Below, piece by piece: positions 19,324-28,830 of a stretch of DNA of 41,377 bases; the first letter of the stretch is position 1; each line of letters starts with the position of its first letter. The DNA is taken from the NCBI GenBank assembly GCA_031267205.1, contig JAIRZN010000040.1, positions 1 to 41,377 on the forward strand, in the 5' to 3' direction. Below the pieces are notes generated by a model. It was not told where the DNA came from and ran no database searches. It saw nothing but the letters and a program-made list of their open reading frames with translations. The stretch comes from Tannerellaceae bacterium. Its GTDB lineage: Bacteria; Bacteroidota; Bacteroidia; Bacteroidales; Tannerellaceae. Made by a program: the position numbers and the translations under genes.

Positions 19324-20393
19324 TGCGGAACCTCCCCGACATACTTGATTCGTGTATAAATAAGGAACTCGACTTCGCCGCCTGCCGCGTTCCGGGTAGC
19401 GACCTTGTGCGCTTTGTATCGCAGGGCGAAGGTTCGCCGGAGGTATTGCGCAGCATAAGGGATCTGAACGGGAAGAGGGGTTTCGCTATCGCTCCGTTCC
19501 GCATAACCGAGGCCTGCCCGGCCGTGCTCATACGCCCGGACAGGGAGGAACTCATCCCTTTCGGGGGAGGATCGGACATGACGGATGTCGGCGACTATGA
19601 TGGCAGGCCTGTCGACGGACAGTATGCGGAGCGTTTTGAGGCCTTCATGAAGCCGGTGCGCGAGAGGCGTTTCAAAAAGTTGGTTCTCTCGCGAAAGATG
19701 ACTATCGGGCGGGACGAGAGCTTCTCGCCGGGGGAAGCATTCCGGGCGGCATGCGGCAAATATGAGCGGTCGTATGTCTATATCTTCAATACTAAGGCTA
19801 CCGGATGCTGGATGGGATGTACGCCGGAGATACTCCTGTCGGGCGAAGGCGACGAGTGGGAGACTGTGGCCCTTGCCGGAACGCGGAGGGCTGTCGCGGA
19901 GTCTTCAAATATTGTCTGGGACGATAAAAACCTCATCGAACAGATGCTTGTAGCGCATTATATACGCTCGCAGCTTGCTTCCTTAGGCATCAATGCCGAT
20001 GAGAACGGGCCGTATACGGTCAGGGCGGGAGGAGTAGCGCATCTGAAGACCAACTTCCGCTTCCGTTTGCCCGAAATATGCCGCTTGGGAGACCTGCTCG
20101 AACTGCTGCATCCTACGCCTGCCGTAGCGGGCCTTCCGAAGGAGGAAGCGGTAAGGTTCATACACGCAAACGAAGGCTACGACCGGAAGTATTATTCGGG
20201 GTTTGCAGGGTGGATCGACCCCGACGGGAGGAGCGACTTGTATGTAAACCTGCGCTGCATGAATATCCGCGCCGATTCGCTCGCCTTGTATGCCGGCGGC
20301 GGGCTTCTCCCTTCCTCCGTATTGGAAGATGAATGGAGGGAGACGGAAGACAAGCTGCAAACTATACTATCTGTTACAATTAAACCTCACTAA
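19320..20393 (+). CDS. menF: Isochorismate synthase
   Basis: KLVLSR, GCTPE, ALAGT, LHPTPAVAG, LYVNLRC, YAGGG; adjacent to menD. Confidence 0.9.
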   Translation: MMRNLPDILDSCINKELDFAACRVPGSDLVRFVSQGEGSPEVLRSIRDLNGKRGFAIAPFRITEACPAVLIRPDREELIPFGGGSDMTDVGDYDGRPVDGQYAERFEAFMKPVRERRFKKLVLSRKMTIGRDESFSPGEAFRAACGKYERSYVYIFNTKATGCWMGCTPEILLSGEGDEWETVALAGTRRAVAESSNIVWDDKNLIEQMLVAHYIRSQLASLGINADENGPYTVRAGGVAHLKTNFRFRLPEICRLGDLLELLHPTPAVAGLPKEEAVRFIHANEGYDRKYYSGFAGWIDPDGRSDLYVNLRCMNIRADSLALYAGGGLLPSSVLEDEWRETEDKLQTILSVTIKPH

Positions 20394-20397
20394 AAAT

Positions 20398-22053
20398 ATG
20401 TACTCAAGAAAGAAGAATATCCAGCAACTCGTAGGCCTGCTCAAGGCCCATAGAGTGTCGCAAGTCGTAGTATCGCCGGGATCGCGCAACCTGCCTATTG
20501 TACAATCGCTCGCCGGCGACGGCTTTTTTACCTGCCATACGGTGGTTGACGAACGAAGCGCAGGCTTTTTCGCTATCGGCATTGCGCAATACAGGCGCGA
20601 AACGGTAGCCGTCTGCTGCACCTCTGGGACGGCCGTGCTTAACTATGCCCCCGCTGTGGCGGAGGCTTTCTATCAGCAGGTACCGTTGGTTGTCATTACG
20701 GCCGACCGCCCTGCATCCCTTATAGGACAGATGACGGGGCAGACCTTGCCGCAGCAGGGCGTCTTCGGCGCATTGGTAAAGGGGAGCTTCAATTTGCCCG
20801 ATGTAGTGTCGGAGGACGACGAGCGGTATTGCAACCGCCTCGTCAACGAGGCCCTGCTCGAAACCTGCCACCGCGGACACGGGCCGGTGCACATCAACGT
20901 GCCTGTTTCGGAGCCTCTGTACGAATACTCCGGCGATCCGTTGCCGGCGGTAAGGGCGATACGCCGCGCGCCTTTACGCACCGTCATCACGGAGGAGTAC
21001 GGCGCACGGTTCCTTAGCTACAAAAAGGTGATGCTCATCCTCGGTCAGTCCGCAGGATACAACACAGCCGGTCCGGTCATGAGGCTGACGAGGGCGCACG
21101 ACTGCGTCGTACTGGCCGAGCACCTTTGCGGAGCCTCACGCATGGGCTGCGTCGGCAATTTCGACGTCATGATGGCCGGTATTCCCCGCGAAAGCCTGCC
21201 GTCCTACGCTCCCGAACTGTTGATTACGACAGGCGGGCACATCGTGTCGAAGCTTATCAAACAATTCCTTATCGAATATCCTCCGTTGGAGCACTGGCAT
21301 GCGTCGCCTTCGGGTAAAGTAGTCGATACTTACCAATGCTTAACCGATATTATCGAGTCGGACGGCGCAGGCTTCATCGACTTCCTGGCTATGCAGACAA
21401 GCCTTGCGCCACAGGAGCGGAGCTACTCCATGCTCTGGCATTCAGGCTCGAAACGTTTGCCCGAACCTGATGTGGAGTTCTCGGACATAATGGCGGTGGG
21501 GGCTTTGCTAAAGGCCTTGCCGAAGACTGCCAACCTGCAATTGGCCAACAGTAACGCCGTGCGCCTGGCGCAATTATTCGGCGTATGCGACCGTACAAGG
21601 GTATTTTCCAACCGCGGGACGAGCGGAATCGACGGATGCCTGTCCACCGCCATGGGGCAGGCTGCGGTGAGCAAGGAACTTACGTTCGTCGTCATCGGCG
21701 ACCTGGCCTTCTTCTACGACATAAACATACTCTGGAACCGTCCCGTCCCGCGCCTGCGTATAATGCTGAACAACAACGGCGGCGGCGGCATATTCCACAC
21801 CCTGCCCGGTCTCGGCATGTCCGACGTAACGCGCCGGCATACGGTCGTCGAACACGCCTCAGACGCCAAAGACTGGGCGGAGAGCCGCGGCCTCGTCTAC
21901 CTGCCCGTAACAAACGCTGCGGAACTCGAAAGTCAAATGCCCGTCTTCACCGGCGAATCTGCAGATAAACCTATGTTGATGGAAGTCTTCACCTCAGCGG
22001 AGGAGAATGCGGAAATACTCAGGCGCTACTACGCCCGGCCGGCTATAACCTGA
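20398..22053 (+). CDS. menD: SEPHCHC synthase MenD
   Basis: SPGSRN, DERSAGF, CTSGTA, TADRP, NRGTSGIDG, GDLAFFYD, NNNGGGIF-like; start MYSRKK. Confidence 0.96.
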   Translation: MYSRKKNIQQLVGLLKAHRVSQVVVSPGSRNLPIVQSLAGDGFFTCHTVVDERSAGFFAIGIAQYRRETVAVCCTSGTAVLNYAPAVAEAFYQQVPLVVITADRPASLIGQMTGQTLPQQGVFGALVKGSFNLPDVVSEDDERYCNRLVNEALLETCHRGHGPVHINVPVSEPLYEYSGDPLPAVRAIRRAPLRTVITEEYGARFLSYKKVMLILGQSAGYNTAGPVMRLTRAHDCVVLAEHLCGASRMGCVGNFDVMMAGIPRESLPSYAPELLITTGGHIVSKLIKQFLIEYPPLEHWHASPSGKVVDTYQCLTDIIESDGAGFIDFLAMQTSLAPQERSYSMLWHSGSKRLPEPDVEFSDIMAVGALLKALPKTANLQLANSNAVRLAQLFGVCDRTRVFSNRGTSGIDGCLSTAMGQAAVSKELTFVVIGDLAFFYDINILWNRPVPRLRIMLNNNGGGGIFHTLPGLGMSDVTRRHTVVEHASDAKDWAESRGLVYLPVTNAAELESQMPVFTGESADKPMLMEVFTSAEENAEILRRYYARPAIT

Positions 22054-22061
22054 GGCGTTAT

Positions 22062-22124
22062 GCTAAGGGCGTCCCGGCCGGAGGGGAGTTATGCCCTGAG
22101 GGGTGTCGGCCTTTAGCCTCCGGC
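22062..22124. terminator. GC-rich inverted repeats between convergent menD and ahpF (possible terminator)
   Basis: GCCGGAGG (22077-22084) pairs with CCTCCGGC (22117-22124); alternative GCTAAGGGC/GCCTTTAGC; no clear U-tract. Confidence 0.3.
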
Positions 22125-22141
22125 GCTGCCGGCATACGTTG

Positions 22142-23701
22142 TCAGACAATGCCCCTCATGCGGTCTTCAAAGGCCGAGAGGGCAGCCTTGGCGCCCTCGC
22201 CCATCGAGATTATGATCTGTTTGTAAGGGACGGTTGAGACATCGCCGGCCGCGTAGACGCCGGGCTGGTTGGTGCGGCAATACGCATCCGTTTCTATCTC
22301 GCCGATGCGATTGACATTGACAATTCCTTTGAATACGCCGCTATTAGCCGAGAGGCCGATCTGGACGAATACGCCGTCGAGCGGCATCACGCGCTCTTCC
22401 CCGTTGCGCCGGTCTTTTACGCGGATGGCGGTCGCTTTCCCGCCGTCGCCTACGATTTCCAGGGTCTGCGAAGAAGTGAAGATTTCTATGTTCGGACGCT
22501 GCCTCGCCTTCTCCTGCAATACGCTATCGGCCTTTAAATCGTCCAAGAACTCAAAGACGGTTACTTTGCGACATATACCCGAAAGGTCAAGGGCCGCTTC
22601 GATGCCGGAATTACCGCCTCCGACGACGGCGACATGCTTACCTTTATAAAAAGGCCCGTCGCAATGCGGGCAGAAGGCGACGCCATGTCCGATATATTCC
22701 GCCTCGCCCGGCACGTTGAGCCTTCGCCAGCTTGCGCCGGCGGCTATAATAAGCGCCGGAGCCACAAATGTTTCACCACCGGCGACAGTCACGTACTTGT
22801 CATGGCCCCGCAGCTCGACTTTTTCCGCACGGCGATACTCCAGGAGGTCTATATCATAGTTCCCGATATGCGCCCTCAGGTCGGCGGCCAACTGCTCGCC
22901 TGTTGTACGGGGAACGGAGATAAGGTTCTCTATGCCCACCGTCTCCCTCACCTGCCCCCCTATTCTTTCGGCTAACAGAGCCACTTTCAGCCCCTTCCTG
23001 GCGGAATATACAGACGCCGAACTTCCCGCCGGCCCGCCGCCTACGACGATGAGGTCGTATCGTTTCACCGAAGGGGAAGGGGGAGTTATCGCCGCGTCCA
23101 CGCTTCCGTAGTACGCCTCTAATTTTTCCAGCAATTCGCCGAAGCTCGCCCTGCCTGCGTGCAGGAGTTTGCCGTCGGCAAAGACAGACGGGACGGCCTG
23201 TATCTTCAGCGCGTCCGCTTCTTCCTGATACAGCGCGCCGTCGACCATCTCGTGACGTATATTGCCGTTCAGCAGCGTCATCAGGTTGAGCGATTGCACA
23301 ACGTCTGGGCAATTCGTACAGGTGAGGGATACATACGTCGTCAGGCGTATGTCCCCATTCAAAGCCCTTACCCTGTCGCAGATAGCTTCGTCGGGGATAT
23401 TTTTGCCCTTACCGTCGCCGTTTAGTATGGCAAGCAAAAGAGAGCTGAACTCGTGCCCGTTGGGTACTCCGCGGAAGCTTATACCCGTGTCGCGGCCGTC
23501 CTTGAGAAGGGAGAATCCGAGGTTATCCCCATCGTGTACCTCACAGCTTATCCTGTCCGAAGCCTCAGCCACGTCGCCGAGCAACGCCAGCAGCTCCTCC
23601 CTGCTCTCATGCTGAGGCGGGGAGGCGATATTCAGGACGTATCCGGCCTTTAAGCCGGCGAACAGTTCCCGAACCTGCTTTTTTGTATTGTAATCCAACA
23701 T
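22142..23701 (-). CDS. ahpF: Alkyl hydroperoxide reductase subunit F
   Basis: GHEFSSL, CTNCPDVVQ, GGGPAG, CPHCDGP, GGGNSG, YKQIII. Confidence 0.97.
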   Translation of the reverse strand: MLDYNTKKQVRELFAGLKAGYVLNIASPPQHESREELLALLGDVAEASDRISCEVHDGDNLGFSLLKDGRDTGISFRGVPNGHEFSSLLLAILNGDGKGKNIPDEAICDRVRALNGDIRLTTYVSLTCTNCPDVVQSLNLMTLLNGNIRHEMVDGALYQEEADALKIQAVPSVFADGKLLHAGRASFGELLEKLEAYYGSVDAAITPPSPSVKRYDLIVVGGGPAGSSASVYSARKGLKVALLAERIGGQVRETVGIENLISVPRTTGEQLAADLRAHIGNYDIDLLEYRRAEKVELRGHDKYVTVAGGETFVAPALIIAAGASWRRLNVPGEAEYIGHGVAFCPHCDGPFYKGKHVAVVGGGNSGIEAALDLSGICRKVTVFEFLDDLKADSVLQEKARQRPNIEIFTSSQTLEIVGDGGKATAIRVKDRRNGEERVMPLDGVFVQIGLSANSGVFKGIVNVNRIGEIETDAYCRTNQPGVYAAGDVSTVPYKQIIISMGEGAKAALSAFEDRMRGIV

Positions 23702-24267
23702 CAGATCTTGCCTACCAGGTCAATACTCGGCGTCAACGTAGCGTCGCCCTTCTTCCATTTGGCCGGGCATACTTCGCTGGGGTGAGCGGCGACAAACTGT
23801 GCGGCTTCGACCTTACGGAGCAGTTCGTCGGCATTGCGACCGATGCCGTTATCGTGTATCTCCGCGATCTTGACCTTGCCTTCGGGGTTGACGAGGAAGG
23901 TACCGCGATAAGCCAGCCAGTCTTCTTCGATAAGCACGCCGAATGCACGGCTCAAGGCCCCGTTATGGTCGGCGAGCATGGGGTATTCGATCTTGCGTAT
24001 GGTCTCGGAAGCGTCGCGCCACGCCTTGTGGACAAAATGAGTGTCTGTGCTTACGGAATATACCTCTACACCCATCTCACGGAACTTGGGATATTTGCCG
24101 GCCATGTCTTCCAACTCGGTAGGACAGACAAAAGTGAAGTCGGCGGGATAGAAAAAGAAGATAGCCCACTTGCCCAGCACGTCTTTGTCGCTGATGGTTT
24201 TGAAACTACCGTTGTGGAATGCCTGTACGCTGAACTCAGGCAGTTGTGAATTAATAATCGGTTGCAT
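23701..24267 (-). CDS. ahpC: Alkyl hydroperoxide reductase subunit C
   Basis: FYPADFTFVCPTE, EVCPAKW, DLVGKI; start MQPIIN; TGATG coupling with ahpF. Confidence 0.98.
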   Translation of the reverse strand: MQPIINSQLPEFSVQAFHNGSFKTISDKDVLGKWAIFFFYPADFTFVCPTELEDMAGKYPKFREMGVEVYSVSTDTHFVHKAWRDASETIRKIEYPMLADHNGALSRAFGVLIEEDWLAYRGTFLVNPEGKVKIAEIHDNGIGRNADELLRKVEAAQFVAAHPSEVCPAKWKKGDATLTPSIDLVGKI

Positions 24268-24311
24268 AGCATTATTTTTTATTAATGAGTAAATATTGAA
24301 ATTATTTGATA

Positions 24312-24319
24312 CAAAAGTA
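24312..24319 (-). promoter_or_regulatory. -7 element (TACTTTTG) of ahpCF
   Basis: TAnnTTTG match 44 bp upstream of ahpC start. Confidence 0.7.
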
Positions 24320-24342
24320 TGCGTCTTATTCAATCACTCCAA

Positions 24343-24377
24343 CTTGATATTTTTATCCGGCAATAAATAAAACCGAT
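24343..24377. promoter_or_regulatory. Putative OxyR binding site
   Basis: CTTG..TTAT..ATAA-N7-CGAT spacing resembles the ATAG-N7-CTAT OxyR dyads; sits just upstream of the ahpC promoter; ahpCF is OxyR-regulated in Bacteroides. Confidence 0.45.
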
Positions 24378-24394
24378 TCTAACCTTTCTCAAAG

Positions 24395-25070
24395 GGGAGC
24401 TTTCTCACTCAATACAAAAGCTATAATTTGTCGCGGGGAAGCTTTCGCACTCAATACAAATACTCCAATTTGTCGCGGGGAAGCTTTTGTATTCAATACA
24501 AAAGCTACAATTTGTCGCGGGGAAGCTTTCTCACTCAATACAAAAGCTCCAATTTGTCGCGGGGAAGCTTTTGTATTCAATACAAAGGCTCCAATTTGTC
24601 GCGGGGAAGCTTTCACACTCAATACAAAAGCTCCAATTTGTCGCGGGGAAGCTTTCTCACTCAATACAAAGGCTACAATTTGTCGCGCGGGAGCTTTCGC
24701 ACTCAATACAAAGGCTCCAATTTGTCGCGGGGAAGCTTTTGTATTCAATACAAAGGCTCCAATTTGTCGCGCGGGAGCTTTCACACTCAATACAAAGGCT
24801 CCAATTTGTCGCGGGGAAGCTTTCGCACTCAATACAAAGGCTCCAATTTGTCGCGGGGGAGCTTTTGTATTCAATACAAAGGCTACAATTTGTCGCGCGG
24901 GAGCTTTCGCACTCAATACAAAAGCTCCAATTTGTCGCGGGGGAGCTTTCGCACTCAATACAAAGGCTCCAATTTGTCGCGGGGAGGCTTTCACACTCAA
25001 TACAAAGGCTACAATTTGTCGCGGGGAGGCTTTGTACTCAATACAAAGGCCCCAATTTGTTGCGGGGGAG
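24395..25070. repeat. 42-bp tandem array C, ~16 units (e.g. TTTGTCGCGGGGAAGCTTTCGCACTCAATACAAAGGCTCCAA)
   Basis: 14-aa periodicity in ORF translations; one unit carries a perfect palindrome AGCTTTTGTATT-C-AATACAAAAGCT (24482-24506). Confidence 0.98.
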
Positions 25071-25149
25071 GTTTTGCGACCGTTTTGCGGGAGACGGTTT
25101 GCGCCGCGGAGTTTTGCCGGTCGGGGTGTGAAGTCCGAATAATTAGAAT

Positions 25150-25157
25150 TATATTTG
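25150..25157 (+). promoter_or_regulatory. -7 element (TATATTTG) of prolyl oligopeptidase gene
   Basis: TAnnTTTG match 28 bp upstream of ATG 25186. Confidence 0.7.
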
Positions 25158-25185
25158 CGGTACTAAAAATTAATACTCCAAGCAA

Positions 25186-27300
25186 ATGAAAGCAAAACAT
25201 GTAATTCTAATGAGCAGCATTGTTATACTAAGCGCGTGCCATGGCGGGACCAAGATTGTTTATCCGGTGACGGAGAAGGACGGGACGGTTGATACATACT
25301 TCGGCGTCGAGGTAGCCGATCCGTATCGTTGGTTAGAGAACGACACCTCGCAGGCGACGGCGGCATGGGTTGAGGCCGAAAATGCCGTGACGGCAGGCTA
25401 TCTGTCCGACATACCCTTCCGCGAACGTATCAAACAGAGGTTGACTAACCTTACGAACTACGAGCGGATAGGCTCGCCGAGCAAAAAGAACGGCAAGTAT
25501 TACTATTTCAAGAACGACGGGCTTCAGAACCAGAGCGTGCTGTACGTGAAGGAATCCTTAGACGGCGAGGCGAGCGTTGTGCTCGACCCTAATACGCTAT
25601 CCGACGACGGCACGGTGGCGCTTAGCGGCACATCCTTCTCCAACGACGGTAAATACCTGGCCTATACCATATCGCGGAGCGGCTCCGACTGGCGCGAGAT
25701 ATACGTGATAGACCTGTTGACGGGCCGTCACTTAGGCGACCATATACAGTGGGCGAAGTTCGGCGGAGCCTCCTGGCAGGGCGAGGGCTTCTATTACAGC
25801 GCCTATGATGCGCCCGAAGCAGGCAAGGAATTTTCAAACGTGAACGAGAGCCACAAGATTTACTACCACAAGCTCGGCGCGCCACAAGCGGACGACGCGC
25901 TTACGTTCTACAATCCACGCGAGCCTAAGCGTTTCTACTCCGCCGGAGTGAGCGAAGACGAACGGGTTATGTTTATATACGAATCCGGCGCGGGGAGCGG
26001 CAACAACCTGTTCATCAAAGACCTTACGAAGCCGGACGCCAAGGTGACGGCCCTGACGGACGACATGGAGTATACGTACAGCCCGATTGAGGTGATAGGC
26101 GATAAAATCTTTATCCTGACCAATTACGGCGCGCCGAGATACCGCATCATGACGGCCGGCGTATCCGCGCCTCTGCTGAAGGACTGGAAAGAGCTGGTGC
26201 CGGAGTCGGAATCGGTCATAGGCAACGCCCAGATCATAGGCGGGAAGCTGATAATGACGTATGAAAAGGACGCCTCGCATCACGCCTACGTCTATACCGC
26301 AGAAGGCGTCCTTGAGCACGAGATAGCCCTGCCGACACTCGGCTCGGTGAGCTTCAGCGGCGATAAGGACGACAAGGAGACGTTCTATACCTTCACCTCC
26401 TTCACCTATCCGGCGACCGTCTTCCGCTACGATATTGACGCCAACGTCTCGGAACTCTACCTTAAGCCGGACGTAGCCTTCAACCCCGAAGAATACACTA
26501 CCGAACAAGTCTTTTACCCAAGCAAAGACGGCGCAAGGATACCCATGTTCCTTACATATAAGAAAGGATTGCAGAAAAACGGTACCAACCCGGCGCTGTT
26601 GTACGGATACGGCGGCTTCAATATCAGCCTGTCGCCGAGCTTCTCCGTCAACCGCTTAGTCTTCATCGAAAACGGCGGCATATATGCGCAGGCCAACCTT
26701 CGCGGCGGCTCCGAGTACGGCGAGGAATGGCACCAGGCAGGCACTAAGATGAACAAGCAGAACGTGTTTGACGACTTCATCGCCGCCGCCGAGTATCTCA
26801 TAGCCGAAAAGTATACCTCCGCCGCCAAGCTTGCCGTCAACGGAGGCTCTAACGGGGGCCTGCTGGTAGGCGCGACGGTCAACCAACGGCCGGAGCTGTT
26901 CAAAGTCGCCGTCCCGCAGGTAGGCGTAATGGATATGCTGCGCTACCACACCTTCACCATAGGCTGGAACTGGGCGAGCGACTACGGCACGAGCGCCGAC
27001 AGCCGCGAGATGTTCGAGTACCTGCGCGCCTACTCCCCGCTGCATAACATCAAGAGCGGCGGCGCGCCTTACCCGGCGATACTTGTCACGACAGCCGACC
27101 ATGACGACCGCGTCGTGCCGGCCCATTCCTTCAAGTACGCAGCCACGCTGCAAGCCGCCGACACCGGCGACGCCCCGAAGCTGATACGTATAGAGACAAA
27201 AGCCGGCCACGGTTCGGGCAAACCCATAAGCAAGGTGATCGACGAGGCCGCCGACATCTACGCTTTCATAATGTATAACTTGGATATGAATCCCCGGTAA
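25186..27300 (+). CDS. Prolyl oligopeptidase (S9A), lipoprotein
   Basis: Lipobox LSAC; DPYRWLE, YGYGGF, GGSNGGLL, DHDDRV, AGHG catalytic motifs. Confidence 0.95.
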   Translation: MKAKHVILMSSIVILSACHGGTKIVYPVTEKDGTVDTYFGVEVADPYRWLENDTSQATAAWVEAENAVTAGYLSDIPFRERIKQRLTNLTNYERIGSPSKKNGKYYYFKNDGLQNQSVLYVKESLDGEASVVLDPNTLSDDGTVALSGTSFSNDGKYLAYTISRSGSDWREIYVIDLLTGRHLGDHIQWAKFGGASWQGEGFYYSAYDAPEAGKEFSNVNESHKIYYHKLGAPQADDALTFYNPREPKRFYSAGVSEDERVMFIYESGAGSGNNLFIKDLTKPDAKVTALTDDMEYTYSPIEVIGDKIFILTNYGAPRYRIMTAGVSAPLLKDWKELVPESESVIGNAQIIGGKLIMTYEKDASHHAYVYTAEGVLEHEIALPTLGSVSFSGDKDDKETFYTFTSFTYPATVFRYDIDANVSELYLKPDVAFNPEEYTTEQVFYPSKDGARIPMFLTYKKGLQKNGTNPALLYGYGGFNISLSPSFSVNRLVFIENGGIYAQANLRGGSEYGEEWHQAGTKMNKQNVFDDFIAAAEYLIAEKYTSAAKLAVNGGSNGGLLVGATVNQRPELFKVAVPQVGVMDMLRYHTFTIGWNWASDYGTSADSREMFEYLRAYSPLHNIKSGGAPYPAILVTTADHDDRVVPAHSFKYAATLQAADTGDAPKLIRIETKAGHGSGKPISKVIDEAADIYAFIMYNLDMNPR

Positions 27301-27302
27301 GA

Positions 27303-27917
27303 CTAATCCGGTAGTAGGAGCGGAGCTATCTCTCTTTCATATATCTCCTTGCTAATGATGCGGTAATGGGGAGAGTAGCTCGCTTCAAAACGGCTGCTGT
27401 GGTGGCCTGCGAACTCGCCCTGGGCGAATCTTTCCGCTATCTCCCCCCTGTCCGCTTCGTAATCAGGCAACCCAAGCCGCATAGAAGCGATGACGGCCTC
27501 AATACGCTCCCATTCCCTCTCCCACTCCTTCACCGACGGAGGCTGTATGCCCTCCACGCTACGTATGAAGGCGTCGAAATACACCTCGTAAGGCACTTGC
27601 CCCGTCTTCAAGACCGACAAATTTACTCGGTAGAAATTACCCTCCCGCCCCGTCGGCTCGGCCGTTTCGCCCTCGATATTCTCGTAGGATAGCAGCTCGC
27701 TCCGCAGATACTGCCCAGCTCCGGCAGTGTCGGCGATGATGTGTCCGGGGCCGAATTTGTCCTGGAAGAAGTTTTTGTACAAGTCCTTCAGCGTCGATTC
27801 GGGATAAGCCCTCAACTGACGGTTGACGGCCGTGCGCACCGTAGCCTCAAAGCCGTCGTTACGGCAGGCGCCCGTCGACAAGCAGGCGGCAAGTGCGAAA
27901 AATAGTATTCGTTTCAT
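27303..27917 (-). CDS. Hypothetical lipoprotein
   Basis: MKRILFF..STGAC lipoprotein signal; DLYKNFFQDKFGPGH and HHS..F..SY.PHYRI look like conserved motifs; follows tsaB. Confidence 0.75.
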   Translation of the reverse strand: MKRILFFALAACLSTGACRNDGFEATVRTAVNRQLRAYPESTLKDLYKNFFQDKFGPGHIIADTAGAGQYLRSELLSYENIEGETAEPTGREGNFYRVNLSVLKTGQVPYEVYFDAFIRSVEGIQPPSVKEWEREWERIEAVIASMRLGLPDYEADRGEIAERFAQGEFAGHHSSRFEASYSPHYRIISKEIYEREIAPLLLPD

Positions 27918-27924
27918 GCGTGAT

Positions 27925-28629
27925 TTATTGTTTATGAGTAAAAATCTTGTTCTTGGGCGTAGTCGCCGCAAACTCTTTCAGGTAAAAAGGCTCGAAGTAG
28001 GCCAAGTCCTCAAACCTCCCCTCAAGGAACGCCTCCTCCGCCGGCAGAATCATATCGACGGCCAAAGGATGCACGCCGTCTACGAAGACAGCCTCAGGCG
28101 AGGCGATGACCTCCATGCACTTGGCCGCGCCGTTGCCGAAGAAGAAAACCCTGTTGCAGGCGAGGAAAGCGGCGTAGGTATAGGCATCCACAACCTCGGC
28201 CCTCGTCTCGCGGACAAGGTCGCCTCCGGCATCGAATAAGGCCGCGTACACCTCCATCCGGCGGGCGTCAAGCATGGCGCAGTAAAGCGCCGGAGCCTCA
28301 GGAGTAGCCATACGTATCGCCCTACCCGCCATGACCTTCAGCGTATGGACGTTGATCAAGGGAATACCATAGCCGAAGCATATCCCCTTGGCTAAGGAGA
28401 CGCCTATGCGCAAGCCTGTATACGACCCCGGCCCGCCGCTTACGGCGACAGCGTCAAGCGCCAGTCCGCGCCGCCTCATAAGGTTGAGCGCGTCCTCGAC
28501 ATAAACGCCCGCCAGCGCCGCATGAGACGGCCCGTCGAAGGACGCCCTCTCAAACAACGCCGCCCCGTCGAGCGACAGGGCGACCGAGCAGACCTTGGTG
28601 GATGTTTCGATATGTAAGAGGCACGGCAT
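27925..28629 (-). CDS. tsaB: tRNA threonylcarbamoyladenosine biosynthesis protein TsaB
   Basis: LHIETST, GPGSYTGLRIG, DARRMEVY, FEPFYLK. Confidence 0.95.
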   Translation of the reverse strand: MPCLLHIETSTKVCSVALSLDGAALFERASFDGPSHAALAGVYVEDALNLMRRRGLALDAVAVSGGPGSYTGLRIGVSLAKGICFGYGIPLINVHTLKVMAGRAIRMATPEAPALYCAMLDARRMEVYAALFDAGGDLVRETRAEVVDAYTYAAFLACNRVFFFGNGAAKCMEVIASPEAVFVDGVHPLAVDMILPAEEAFLEGRFEDLAYFEPFYLKEFAATTPKNKIFTHKQ

Positions 28630-28656
28630 ACGGTATGATTCTCTTAGTTGATACGG

Positions 28657-28664
28657 CAAAAGTA
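28657..28664 (-). promoter_or_regulatory. -7 element (TACTTTTG) of tsaB
   Basis: TAnnTTTG match 27 bp upstream of start. Confidence 0.7.
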
Positions 28665-28792
28665 AACTATTTCCCCAATCGGCGCGAGTTCGGCGCAAGA
28701 AATCCCAAGGAGGCCGCCATGCTTCGGAGAGCCTTAATCGTGATTTATGGGAAAAAATACAGCCTTTTCTTGCTAAATATGCCGTTGTATGT

Positions 28793-28800
28793 TACATTTG
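28793..28800 (+). promoter_or_regulatory. -7 element (TACATTTG) of T9SS cargo gene
   Basis: TAnnTTTG match 30 bp upstream of ATG 28831. Confidence 0.65.
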
Positions 28801-28830
28801 TGGGTAATTCAAACTAATAAACACAATATT

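Noticed and set aside
24395-25070. CRISPR array interpretation of array C
   Set aside because: Pure tandem repeat with no spacers.
24389-25189. Repeat-protein ORFs (253, 214 and 203 aa), one with an ATGA overlap to the peptidase
   Set aside because: Open on both strands because a 42-bp stop-free unit repeats; a 1-bp deletion in the last unit shifts frame; the peptidase promoter lies inside the ORF.
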